The notes beneath the pieces are model-generated. The model was not told the origin of the DNA, did no database searches, and saw nothing but the letters and a program-made list of their open reading frames with translations. A program made the translations under genes and the position numbers. Positions 39,957 to 49,355 of a stretch of DNA of 64,000 nt are shown piece by piece (positions within the stretch are counted from its first letter, which is position 1; each line of letters starts with the position of its first letter). The DNA is taken from IMG/VR virus record IMGVR_UViG_3300020048_000039, positions 1 to 64,000 of that record. One strand, given 5' to 3'. Source of the DNA: a virus.

Positions 39957-39989
39957 AAAAAAGGGGTTATGAAAGTTTCCCCTTTTTTT
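39957..39989 (+). terminator. intrinsic terminator
   Basis: AAAAAAGGGG...CCCCTTTTTTT. Confidence 0.65.
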
Positions 39990-40014
39990 ACCACTTGTAA
40001 TAAAATTTAATATA

Positions 40015-41193
40015 ATGGCAATAAAGAAAAAAGAAGACGAAGAAATCCCTTCAAACAATAAAGGTCGTAAACCAGCACCTGCAACCCCATCTACAACACC
40101 AGTATCATCAACGGCAGGAATGTCGCAAAAAAAGGTATTCGATTTAGACAAGTATAATAAAAGTATAGAATTGGAAGATGTACCAGATAAAGAATTGGTA
40201 TGGATTCCAATTAGCGATGCATTGGAAGATGTCACAGGTATACCCGGTGTGCCACAAGGTTATGTATCAACCTTTTGTGGATTCTCGAATAGTGGAAAGT
40301 CAACTGCACTTTGTTTAGGTATTGTTGCTGCACAGAAAATGGGCATGTATCCAATCATATTTGACTTAGAAAGCAACTTAGGTAGATACAGGTTGGCTTC
40401 AATGGGTTTTGACTGGAATGGTAAATTTAAGGTTATTAATAATGAGTATTTGCTTACGAAGTTCGGTGATAAAACCAGAAGTTATGCCTCAATTGAAGAT
40501 TTTGCAGCTTGCATTAGATTCTTTTTAAAAGAACAAGCAGAGGGTAGATTACCATTTGACTTATTATTTGCAATTGACTCAATCGGTACATTGGATTGTA
40601 ACAAAACAATTATTGCTGCCGAAAAGAGGGAAGCAGATAGTAACTTCTGGAATGCAGGAGTATATGAAAAAGAGTTTAAATACTTATTTAACGACATCAT
40701 TCCAAATAGTAGAAAAGCAAACAAACCTTACACCAATACAGTTATTGCTGTTCAGAAAATTGGTAGGGATGCAATGAACAATGCAATTACCATGAAAGGT
40801 GGTCGTATGTGGGAATATGTGCCAAGGTTACAATATTACTTTGGTGGCATTCTTACAAAGGGTGTTGCAAAAGTTACCGCAATTTCCAAAAAACGTACAA
40901 TGGAGTTTGGTGTATCAGTAAGAGTTAATATTCTGAAAAACCAGATTGATGGTCCTTTAGGTGGAATATCGATGGAAGGTAAAATAATTTCAGTTCCACA
41001 GGGATTTATAACACCAGATGGATTTGACGAATACAAAAAGAAAAACGTCTTATACTTCCGTAATTTATTTAAAAACAACGAATTAGATGTTAATGAACTT
41101 ACCACTGGCGAGAAAATAGTGGATGATTTTGGTAAGCCGATATATAATTTGATTCAGGGAGTAGACGAAGAAACAGGTGAAATAACTGAATAA
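40015..41193 (+). CDS. recA: RecA/UvsX-like recombinase
   Basis: GVPQG...GFSNSGKST Walker A, FAIDSIG Walker B, KGG..WEY. Confidence 0.9.
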   Translation: MAIKKKEDEEIPSNNKGRKPAPATPSTTPVSSTAGMSQKKVFDLDKYNKSIELEDVPDKELVWIPISDALEDVTGIPGVPQGYVSTFCGFSNSGKSTALCLGIVAAQKMGMYPIIFDLESNLGRYRLASMGFDWNGKFKVINNEYLLTKFGDKTRSYASIEDFAACIRFFLKEQAEGRLPFDLLFAIDSIGTLDCNKTIIAAEKREADSNFWNAGVYEKEFKYLFNDIIPNSRKANKPYTNTVIAVQKIGRDAMNNAITMKGGRMWEYVPRLQYYFGGILTKGVAKVTAISKKRTMEFGVSVRVNILKNQIDGPLGGISMEGKIISVPQGFITPDGFDEYKKKNVLYFRNLFKNNELDVNELTTGEKIVDDFGKPIYNLIQGVDEETGEITE

Positions 41194-42257
41194 TGGAAAC
41201 AAGAACATTATTAGTTGATAGTTCAAATCTTTTAAAGCGTTCCTTTCATGGAGCGAAAGAAGTATATACCTCCAAATTTGGACATATTGGGGGTTTATAC
41301 TCTTTCCTTACTACTACACGTATGCTAATTAAAGAGCATAAGATTAATAAAGTGGTGTTGGTTTGGGATGGAGAAGGTGGTGGAATATATCGTCACCATA
41401 TTGATAAGGAATATAAAGCAAACCGAAAACATAAGGAATGGGATAAGAAAATCAGCATGACTGCTGCCGAAATTCGCAAAGAGAGGGAGAAAGAGCAATC
41501 CATTCTAAAACAAAGGTGTAGAATACAACAATATTGTCAAGAATTGTTTATAAGACAAATTGAAGTGGATGATATTGAAGCAGATGATTTAATTGCAGCA
41601 TATTGTTTACGTCATAGTAATGATGAAGAAATTTGGTTATACTCCAATGACCGTGACTTTGCACAATTCTTTGACCTGAACATCACCATATTGTTCCCAA
41701 ACATTAATGTTCCAGTAACAAGAGCAAACTATATGATGCATTTCGACCATCACTACACTAATGCATTGACAATGAAAATTGTTTGTGGTGATGATGCTGA
41801 TAATATTGCTGGAATTAAAGGTGTCGGTGAAGATACTTTACTAAAATACTTTCCCGAACTTAAGTACAAACATGTCAGTGTAAGGGAAATATGTCAGAGA
41901 GCAGCAGCAATTAATGCTGAAAGAATCTCAGGTAAGGGCAAGAACAAAAAGAAACCAGTAAAAGCACTCGAAAACATCGTAAATGGTGTCGAAAGGCTGA
42001 AAATGAATCATCAGTTAACGAATTTACGTGAGCCAATGCTTAATGAAGCAGCCGAAGAAGCACTACTGGAATTAGAAAAACCACTCTCACCTGAAAACCG
42101 TGGAACGAAACAATTGCTCCCTATGATGATGGAAGACGAGTTTTTAACCGTGTATAAAAGCACATTCGTTCAATATATTGAACCATTTTATACTGTCGTT
42201 ATGCATGAGAAACAGCTACTTACAGAGTTTCAGAAAAAACAAAAAAATAATTTATAA
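41193..42257 (+). CDS. 5'-3' exonuclease / RNase H (PolA N-terminal, T4 rnh-like)
   Basis: LLVDSSNL, YKANR, IEADDLIA, SNDRDF, GDDADNIAGIKGVG. Confidence 0.93.
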   Translation: METRTLLVDSSNLLKRSFHGAKEVYTSKFGHIGGLYSFLTTTRMLIKEHKINKVVLVWDGEGGGIYRHHIDKEYKANRKHKEWDKKISMTAAEIRKEREKEQSILKQRCRIQQYCQELFIRQIEVDDIEADDLIAAYCLRHSNDEEIWLYSNDRDFAQFFDLNITILFPNINVPVTRANYMMHFDHHYTNALTMKIVCGDDADNIAGIKGVGEDTLLKYFPELKYKHVSVREICQRAAAINAERISGKGKNKKKPVKALENIVNGVERLKMNHQLTNLREPMLNEAAEEALLELEKPLSPENRGTKQLLPMMMEDEFLTVYKSTFVQYIEPFYTVVMHEKQLLTEFQKKQKNNL

Positions 42258-42286
42258 AAAGTCTTTCAAGTCTGGAAGATTGATAG

Positions 42287-42294
42287 TATATTTG
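42287..42294 (+). promoter_or_regulatory. Bacteroidota -7 element TATATTTG (weak -33)
   Basis: 31 bp upstream of 42326. Confidence 0.4.
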
Positions 42295-42325
42295 TACAGT
42301 ATTAACAATTTAAATTTTATTAAAA

Positions 42326-42934
42326 ATGAGTGAAAAGGAATACAGTAACGAGTTCAAATTTTCATTACATCAAGGCGATGTTCTACTATGCGAAAACGTA
42401 TTTGATGCCGACCAATTTAATCCCTTTACCAGATATTCTATCGACATTAGGGAAATTTTACCAAGAGCAATTACGAAGTTGCAAAAAACTCTCTCAAAGA
42501 GAAGCTACATAACGGAATTGTCAGATGATATGGATTTTTTCCAGTATCATCAAAAAATGGTTAATCTATATCCTCAAGAATATAGGAGCAATATGCGATA
42601 TAATCCGCAGTCTATTATCCAACAGATTGAAGAAAAAACAATCAGGGGAGTGGAATGTAAAATTGGATTTTATATTAACGATAAGCCAATTGTTGAAAGA
42701 ATTTTCTATGTCAACGAATTTAATCCAGTCGCAAGATGGTCGGCAGATGTTGTTTACACAGTAAGTGAAATCACAGATTCTATCTTCGAGAAGATTAAGA
42801 AAAATGATGTTAAGAACATGTGGGACGACTACGATTTGATTAATATCAGGGGATTATCCATCAATCAGATAAGAGAACTCACACTCTTACAGAGAGAGCA
42901 AATGTTGAGGCGACTCAATAGAAATGCATCTTAG
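42326..42934 (+). CDS. hypothetical protein in the replication block
   Basis: 202-aa ORF between the exonuclease and helicase genes. Confidence 0.8.
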   Translation: MSEKEYSNEFKFSLHQGDVLLCENVFDADQFNPFTRYSIDIREILPRAITKLQKTLSKRSYITELSDDMDFFQYHQKMVNLYPQEYRSNMRYNPQSIIQQIEEKTIRGVECKIGFYINDKPIVERIFYVNEFNPVARWSADVVYTVSEITDSIFEKIKKNDVKNMWDDYDLINIRGLSINQIRELTLLQREQMLRRLNRNAS

Positions 42935-42947
42935 TTTACAAAGCATT

Positions 42948-43015
42948 GGGTAGTCAATTACATAAGGTCTTTCCCACTTCAAGTTATTCCTTTTGTATTG
43001 ACTACCCGTTTTTTT
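42948..43015 (+). terminator. long imperfect hairpin with T-tract upstream of the helicase gene
   Basis: GGGTAGTCAAT (42948-58) pairs with ATTGACTACCC (42997-43007). Confidence 0.55.
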
Positions 43016-43034
43016 ACATTCTTTTATTTTAATA

Positions 43035-45122
43035 ATGAGCGAAATTACAGATAATACGTTAACTGCATATCTCGGTCCTGAATTTCAGCAACACCTAATG
43101 TGGCAGTTGTTGGTAGAACCCGAATATGCTGAAAAAACAATACCATTGTTGGCAATAGAATACTTTGACGACCCTAATTTAAAAAGGTTGTTCATAGTAA
43201 TATTGGAGTTTTTAAAAGAATATCATAAAGTTCCAAATCTACAAAACCAAAGTATTCGTCAGGCAATCAATAAGTATAAGACACCCAATAATGTTATTGA
43301 GGAAGAATCTTTATTTTCTACGATTAATCGTATTGAATTATGGAATCAGAGAATCATTAACAAGGAATTACTACATAATGGTGATGTAATACGAAAAGCT
43401 ACCAATACATTTATTAAACAACAAGAGTACCGTAAGATAGGTGAGTTTATCTTGGATAAAACTAAGAATGGTGAAATAAAGGGTAAAAATACAATTGCAC
43501 GTATTGAAGAAAGGTTTCAAAAGGCTGCACACATTGGTGAAGAAGCTGATGATTGTGAAGAGGTTATTGACAACATTGACACAGCATTGAGAATGGAATT
43601 TCGACAGACTATTGCAACAGGTATTGAAGTAATTGACTCTTTAACTGGTGGTGGTTTGGGTAAAGGTGAAATTGGATTGATATTAACTCCATCAGGTGTT
43701 GGTAAAACAACAATTCTTACAAAAATTGCAAATACTGCATATGAAGACGAAAAAAATGTTGCACAAATAATCTTTGAAGACTCAAAAGACCAAATTAAAC
43801 GTAAGCATTATACTATTTGGACAGGCATTGCATTAAGTGAAACCGATAACAATCTTGAATTAGCAAGAGAAAGAACGCATAAAAAAGCTGATAGTTTAAG
43901 GGGTAAGGGGAGATTAGTAATTAAAAAGTTTAGTCAGGAAGATACGACAATTAAACATGTTCGTGACTGGATGGTTGGTTATGAAAAGAATTACAATATG
44001 AAATTTGACATACTTGTTCTTGATTACCTTGATTGTCTCGAATCACATAAAGACAGTAAAGATAGAAACGAAGATGAATTAGCAATTATTAAGGGTTTTG
44101 AAACACTTGCATCTGACTTCGACATTCCTTGTTGGTCTGCTATTCAAAGTAATCGTTCTGGCTTTGATGCTGAATATGTTCATGCAGGTCAGTCTGGTGG
44201 TAGTATTAAGAGGGTACAGAAAGCTCACTTTTTCATGAGTGTAGCTAAGACACAAACACAGAAAGAAGCGCATTTAGCCAACATTATGATTCTCAAAGCA
44301 AGGTTTGCGAGTGATGGTCAGGTGTTTAATGATGTATTATTTAATAATGATACTATGGAAATTAGAATCGAAGATGATAGATACAAGTATAACAAATTAG
44401 GTAAAGGAAAGAAGAAATATGGCGAAGTAGACCTATCAAACATGGAGACTAAGGCAAGTGATATGAGTAAAATTAACGTAGCTGTTGGTAGTCCATATTC
44501 TGTTTATGATGCTATTGATAGAGCAAATATTGAAACTGTTGGTGATGTTAAAACAGATGCGTTGTTTGCCGATATGACAAGTAAACATAACGAATTTAAG
44601 GGATTGACACCGAATGATGGATTCAATAAACCAATGGGAATTGATGTAGAAGCTGAAATTACCAAAATGGCTGTTGATGAAACGACTATACAGTGTGGTA
44701 TTGATGTTCATGATGAACTAAATAAAATGTTGCGTGGCGATGCTGATTTTATAAGTAAGATGGAAGAAATTGAAGAAAACCAGAAGTTGGCACAAATCTC
44801 AGTAGATATTGTACATGAGGGAGCAACTGAGGGAGCAACTGAGGGAATAAGTGAGGGAGTAATTAAGGGAATAAAACACGTAAACCCTAATGATACTGTA
44901 AATGATACAGTAAGGGATGCTGTAAATGAGGGAGCAAATGAGGGAGCAAATTGGCATCCAGAAGCCGACTTTCATGAACAGCAAATAATCGAGGATTCTG
45001 AAATTGTTGGGGATATTGAAGATTTTTTACTTGACCCCGATGCTGTGATTGAAAGTAGTGATAGTGTGAAAAATATTTTATTGAAAGAACGTGATAAACA
45101 AAATGTTTTAAAGAAAGCCTAA
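43035..45122 (+). CDS. dnaB: DnaB-like replicative helicase with a long acidic C-terminal extension
   Basis: TGI..ID..TGGGL.KGE, PSGVGKT, VLDYLD, WSAIQSNR, ILKARF. Confidence 0.92.
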   Translation: MSEITDNTLTAYLGPEFQQHLMWQLLVEPEYAEKTIPLLAIEYFDDPNLKRLFIVILEFLKEYHKVPNLQNQSIRQAINKYKTPNNVIEEESLFSTINRIELWNQRIINKELLHNGDVIRKATNTFIKQQEYRKIGEFILDKTKNGEIKGKNTIARIEERFQKAAHIGEEADDCEEVIDNIDTALRMEFRQTIATGIEVIDSLTGGGLGKGEIGLILTPSGVGKTTILTKIANTAYEDEKNVAQIIFEDSKDQIKRKHYTIWTGIALSETDNNLELARERTHKKADSLRGKGRLVIKKFSQEDTTIKHVRDWMVGYEKNYNMKFDILVLDYLDCLESHKDSKDRNEDELAIIKGFETLASDFDIPCWSAIQSNRSGFDAEYVHAGQSGGSIKRVQKAHFFMSVAKTQTQKEAHLANIMILKARFASDGQVFNDVLFNNDTMEIRIEDDRYKYNKLGKGKKKYGEVDLSNMETKASDMSKINVAVGSPYSVYDAIDRANIETVGDVKTDALFADMTSKHNEFKGLTPNDGFNKPMGIDVEAEITKMAVDETTIQCGIDVHDELNKMLRGDADFISKMEEIEENQKLAQISVDIVHEGATEGATEGISEGVIKGIKHVNPNDTVNDTVRDAVNEGANEGANWHPEADFHEQQIIEDSEIVGDIEDFLLDPDAVIESSDSVKNILLKERDKQNVLKKA
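44816..44950 (+). repeat. 12-bp in-frame repeats (EGAT/EGIS/DTVN/EGAN)
   Basis: TGAGGGAGCAAC-type units at 44816-44875 and 44891-44950. Confidence 0.8.
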
Positions 45123-45139
45123 CTTTTGGAATTTTCAGC

Positions 45140-45147
45140 GTATTTAT
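45140..45147 (+). promoter_or_regulatory. putative late promoter GTATTTAT upstream of the tRNA
   Basis: 35 bp before the tRNA 5' end. Confidence 0.45.
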
Positions 45148-45182
45148 AATCCCAAGTGGACAGTTCTTAAATAAAAATATAT

Positions 45183-45254
45183 TGCGGGGTGGAGCAGAGG
45201 TAGCTCGTGAGAATCATAATCTTAAGGTCGTGGGTTCGAATCCCACTCCCGCTA
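45183..45254 (+). tRNA. tRNA-Met(CAT), initiator-like body, no encoded CCA
   Basis: Full cloverleaf: acceptor TGCGGGG/TCCCGCT with a 1:72 mismatch, D-stem GAGC/GCTC, anticodon CAT at 45215-45217, T-arm GTGGG-TTCGAAT-CCCAC. Confidence 0.93.
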
Positions 45255-45421
45255 CAAATATACACAGTAAAGCCTCTTGCGAAAGCAATGTAACTGTGTT
45301 TAACTTTTTTGGTTGTTGGTATCAGTGTTTTTAGCAAAAAACGGGGCATACCGCCTAACATTTAATTTATTGGTCAAGAATGGTTTTTGTCGGCATTTGT
45401 CGATTTTTTTCAAAAAATAAG

Positions 45422-45454
45422 AAACCCTACAGGTGAAAACTTGTAGGGTTTTTT
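45422..45454 (+). terminator. intrinsic terminator
   Basis: AAACCCTACAG...TTGTAGGGTTTTTT. Confidence 0.8.
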
Positions 45455-45485
45455 CGTTTTATCATGTTTTTAATTTAATTTTCAG

Positions 45486-45493
45486 GTATTTAT
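45486..45493 (+). promoter_or_regulatory. putative late promoter GTATTTAT
   Basis: Upstream of the endonuclease gene and fibre cluster. Confidence 0.5.
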
Positions 45494-45509
45494 TGTAAAC
45501 ATAACCGAA

Positions 45510-46241
45510 GTGAAAACTTCGGAATTGCTAATTAGGGGTACGGTTTGCACTTTACGAAATATGGATAAGAAAATGTATGTATATAATCAAAATTATAACT
45601 CGTTTTTTGGGTCTGAATTAGACATTGTTGAAATAAACAACGAAAAAAAGAGTAAACGCTTAACCAATGAAGAATTTATTAAAAGAGCAAATAATGTTCA
45701 TGATAATAGATTTGATTATTCTGAATGTGTGTATATGAATATGTCAACAAAAATTAGTGTAATTTGTAAAAGACATAATGTTAAATTCACTCAAACACCA
45801 GCTAATCATTTACACGGTTCTGTCGGTTGTCCCATTTGTAATAAGAATATTAGACCAAGAATTGTGCGAAAAATATGGATAAAAAGAGTAGTTGAAAAAA
45901 TTGAGAAAATTGGTAGTGTCGGTGAAAAACTAATCGAATGTTGGCTAAATAAAAATTCAATTAACTATGAAAAGCAAAAAACTTTTGATGGTTGTAAGAA
46001 TTATAGAAAATTAAGATATGATTTTTATTTACCAGAACAAAATATTCTTATTGAATATGATGGTAGACAACATTTTAGTAGTGTTAAATGTTTTGGGGGT
46101 GAATCTGAATTTATAAAACAACTAATTAACGATAAGATAAAAACTGAATATGCTTTAAATAATGGATATTATTTGTTGCGTATACCATATACTGAAAGAA
46201 AAAATCTTTTAGAAATATTAAAAAATAACATAGAAAATTAA
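45510..46241 (+). CDS. free-standing putative homing endonuclease (zinc-binding DUF723-like repeat plus Vsr/DUF559-like nuclease); ATG at 45561 likely
   Basis: EEFIKRA..VH...DYS...C..H...HL.G.GCPIC; RYDFYL...LIEYDGRQHF. Confidence 0.75.
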   Translation: MKTSELLIRGTVCTLRNMDKKMYVYNQNYNSFFGSELDIVEINNEKKSKRLTNEEFIKRANNVHDNRFDYSECVYMNMSTKISVICKRHNVKFTQTPANHLHGSVGCPICNKNIRPRIVRKIWIKRVVEKIEKIGSVGEKLIECWLNKNSINYEKQKTFDGCKNYRKLRYDFYLPEQNILIEYDGRQHFSSVKCFGGESEFIKQLINDKIKTEYALNNGYYLLRIPYTERKNLLEILKNNIEN

Positions 46242-46252
46242 AACAAATAATT

Positions 46253-47434
46253 ATGCCATTTTTCGCAAGACCAAATTTAAGTGATGAACAATTTAAGCAA
46301 TTAGATGGTTCTGATAATATTTTGACGTTATCGGGTCAAACACGTATAGCTACAGTAAGTGGTTTAACGTTAACCAATGGTTCAGGTGGCTATGTACCAA
46401 TTACATTAAGTGGGGCAAGTTCTATTACTAATAATTATGTGCTAACATATCGAGACGATATTAAAAAGGTCGTGTTGAGGTCTGGTGGTACTGGTGGTGG
46501 TGGAGGTATTTATCCATATAACGAGTCTGCTACAACAACTGTGGGTGGTCTACCTTCTGGTACTAATCTATATAATGTACAGGTTGTTGATATTCTACAA
46601 GAAATATTAGTACCAACAATTACTCCAACAACAACAAATCCATCTGCCACATTTGGTCTCACAATTACACCAACATTATCAATTCCTCTTGTACGTGAAG
46701 TTGGTGCAACGATAATGGTAACTGGAACAAGTTATTTTAATAGAGGTAGTGTTTCGCCACTGTATTATGGTACTTGTTGTTTTAGAAGCGGATTACCAAC
46801 CTCGTTTGGATATTTTGAAAATAGTCCTGTGGGAACTAATGTAAGTACAATTTCACCAGATAAATATGTTTTTGGTTCATATTTAGTTAAATTAAATAGT
46901 AACTATTTTGGTAGTAAAGTTTATTATTCATCTGGGGAAACGCCAATATACAGGAGTAATGGCACTGTTGTTACAGGTGTTACAGGTACATTACCATCAG
47001 GTTGTACTCCATCTACTAATGTATATAATTGTTCTATTATCACTGGTACATATCCTTGGTATTGGGGTACTGGTACTACTGCACCAACAATAGGACAAAC
47101 ATTACTTGATAGTTATGTTTGTAAATGTGTTGCAAGCAGTTCTGGCTCAATAACTGTTGATAATTTCAATGCTGCTGGTCAATATATTTGGTTTGCAACG
47201 CCAGCAGCGTCTCCAGAAAGATTGTGTTGGCAAGATGCTGTACTTTCATCAAATAATGGCTTCATACCGGGTGTATTATGGGCAGCACCACAACTATATA
47301 GTGTAAAATCACCTGAAAATTGTTGGGGCGTACCTGCTGCAACAGTAAGTCCATCACCTGTTTCATATAGATTTTATGTTAGTAACTATGCAACAAGTGT
47401 AAGTAGTGGTATGATAATTAGTAAATGTAATTAA
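46253..47434 (+). CDS. tail fibre or virion appendage protein
   Basis: Thr/Ser/Gly/Cys-rich; N-terminal motif shared with three other fibres. Confidence 0.7.
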   Translation: MPFFARPNLSDEQFKQLDGSDNILTLSGQTRIATVSGLTLTNGSGGYVPITLSGASSITNNYVLTYRDDIKKVVLRSGGTGGGGGIYPYNESATTTVGGLPSGTNLYNVQVVDILQEILVPTITPTTTNPSATFGLTITPTLSIPLVREVGATIMVTGTSYFNRGSVSPLYYGTCCFRSGLPTSFGYFENSPVGTNVSTISPDKYVFGSYLVKLNSNYFGSKVYYSSGETPIYRSNGTVVTGVTGTLPSGCTPSTNVYNCSIITGTYPWYWGTGTTAPTIGQTLLDSYVCKCVASSSGSITVDNFNAAGQYIWFATPAASPERLCWQDAVLSSNNGFIPGVLWAAPQLYSVKSPENCWGVPAATVSPSPVSYRFYVSNYATSVSSGMIISKCN

Positions 47435-47444
47435 AATATAAGAT

Positions 47445-49334
47445 ATGGCACAATATAATGAAAATATAACACTCGCAGCACCAAATCCATTAGATAGGAG
47501 ATATTTAAGTCTTAGAACATCTGCTGGTAGTCAATTACCATATTCGGGTTTAAGTGAAGTATATTTAAGAGTTCCACTTACTGTAAGATATAGTGGTCTA
47601 ACAGTTCTTGTTCGTACAGGCACAACAAATGTTGAATTTTGGTTTAAAAATGGTATCCAAGACTCAAATTTAATTGAAAAGAAATATGATTCTACTCTTC
47701 CATTAACTGATTATGTTACTGGTGGAACGAATTTAGGATATTTCAGTGGATATACGGGTGTTCAAACACTACCTATTGACCATTTAACGACTAATGCTTA
47801 TGATGGTAACTATCGTTCTCTCTATAATTATTATTTTAGGGATAGTAATGGATTTATTCAAATTGGTACTCCAAGTGATGGTATTCCAAAGAGAGGATAT
47901 TTAAGAGAACCAACTATTATAAGTCCAGTACATAAATCTTGGATTTGGAATGAATATATCGGTAGTACGCTTGGTGGTACACAAGTTGGTTGGATATTAA
48001 TTGATGGAGATATTTCAAGTATGGTAGGCACATATCAATTTGGTATTGTATATTATATATTTCCATATGCTCATACAGAAACTGCATATGTTGCTGGAAC
48101 ACCATACCCAAGTTTATCAAATGTTAGTATAAATGCAGTAGTAGGTAGTTTAACTACTGGAAGTACAATTGCAGTTGGTAGTAGACCATTTGCGTTTCAA
48201 GAACACAATAATTTACATTTTAGAACGATTGTCAGTGATACTCCAACTATAATTTCTACTTGGGATGATAGTACACTCATACATATTTCTGGTGCATCAT
48301 CAACTGCAAATGCAGTTAATGTTGGTGGTAGTGTTAATGTTTATAGTGGTCAAACTGGCACAACATTTATATTTAAAACACTTGTCGGAAGTGGAGATAC
48401 AATAGTTAGCGACCACGGAAATTATGTGGTAATTGCTTCAACTGGTGGTGATAGTGGAACATATAATTTAGATTCTCCAGCCGTGTGTCAGGTTGGTGGT
48501 ATTAATATTGGTACTGTATTAACAGGAAAGACAGCATTTCAGCTATTTGAAGAAATATTAGTTCCAGTACAATATCCAACATTAACTGCTCCGACTGTAG
48601 CAATTAGTTTGTCCCCATCTACTACATTATATGAAATTGGTTGTTCAATTTCTATTTTAGCTATTACTGGAACATTTAATGCTGGCAGTATTGCTCCACA
48701 ATATATTGCTGTCAGTTCATGTAGAAGCAATGGTGTTAGTTCATATTGTTTCATCGGCACACCAATAACTGGTATCTATCCCGATTCAAATGTAACTAAA
48801 ACAATAAATGTGCCATCATATTCAATACTTAGTGGTGCACAAACATGGAGTGTTAAAGCATGTCACTTGGTTGGTGTTCAACCTTTTGATAGTAAGGGTG
48901 TTGCTTATAGCACACCGTTAAGTGTTGGTGAAACAGTGCTTGATAGTGCAACAATTACTGGTATATTGCCATATTATTGGGGTATGAGTTCAACAATAAA
49001 TCCAGATGCTGCTTGTATTGCAAATTGTGGTTGTACCAGTGATGGTGCTAAAGTACTTCAAAATGTTACAACAGACCCATTTCCAATTACGTTTAACAGT
49101 AATGCGAATGATTATATTTGGTTTGCATTGCCTGAATGTGCAGCAACAAAAACTTGCTGGTGTGTAAATGGTACTAATAATGGTACTATTGGTGGTGTTG
49201 GCAATTTATTTGCTGCTCCATATACATGTAGCATTAATTCAGCAGAATTATGCTGGTCAGGTTGCAATTATGAAATATATGTAAGTTGTGGTAAAACAGG
49301 AACAGCAGCAGGAGTACCAATGTACATAAGTTAA
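47445..49334 (+). CDS. tail fibre or virion appendage protein
   Basis: Shares the VGG...GT.L...LFEEILVP..PT.T module with 46253 and its N-terminus with 49356. Confidence 0.7.
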   Translation: MAQYNENITLAAPNPLDRRYLSLRTSAGSQLPYSGLSEVYLRVPLTVRYSGLTVLVRTGTTNVEFWFKNGIQDSNLIEKKYDSTLPLTDYVTGGTNLGYFSGYTGVQTLPIDHLTTNAYDGNYRSLYNYYFRDSNGFIQIGTPSDGIPKRGYLREPTIISPVHKSWIWNEYIGSTLGGTQVGWILIDGDISSMVGTYQFGIVYYIFPYAHTETAYVAGTPYPSLSNVSINAVVGSLTTGSTIAVGSRPFAFQEHNNLHFRTIVSDTPTIISTWDDSTLIHISGASSTANAVNVGGSVNVYSGQTGTTFIFKTLVGSGDTIVSDHGNYVVIASTGGDSGTYNLDSPAVCQVGGINIGTVLTGKTAFQLFEEILVPVQYPTLTAPTVAISLSPSTTLYEIGCSISILAITGTFNAGSIAPQYIAVSSCRSNGVSSYCFIGTPITGIYPDSNVTKTINVPSYSILSGAQTWSVKACHLVGVQPFDSKGVAYSTPLSVGETVLDSATITGILPYYWGMSSTINPDAACIANCGCTSDGAKVLQNVTTDPFPITFNSNANDYIWFALPECAATKTCWCVNGTNNGTIGGVGNLFAAPYTCSINSAELCWSGCNYEIYVSCGKTGTAAGVPMYIS

Positions 49335-49355
49335 AAATATTAAAACTAAAAAAGA

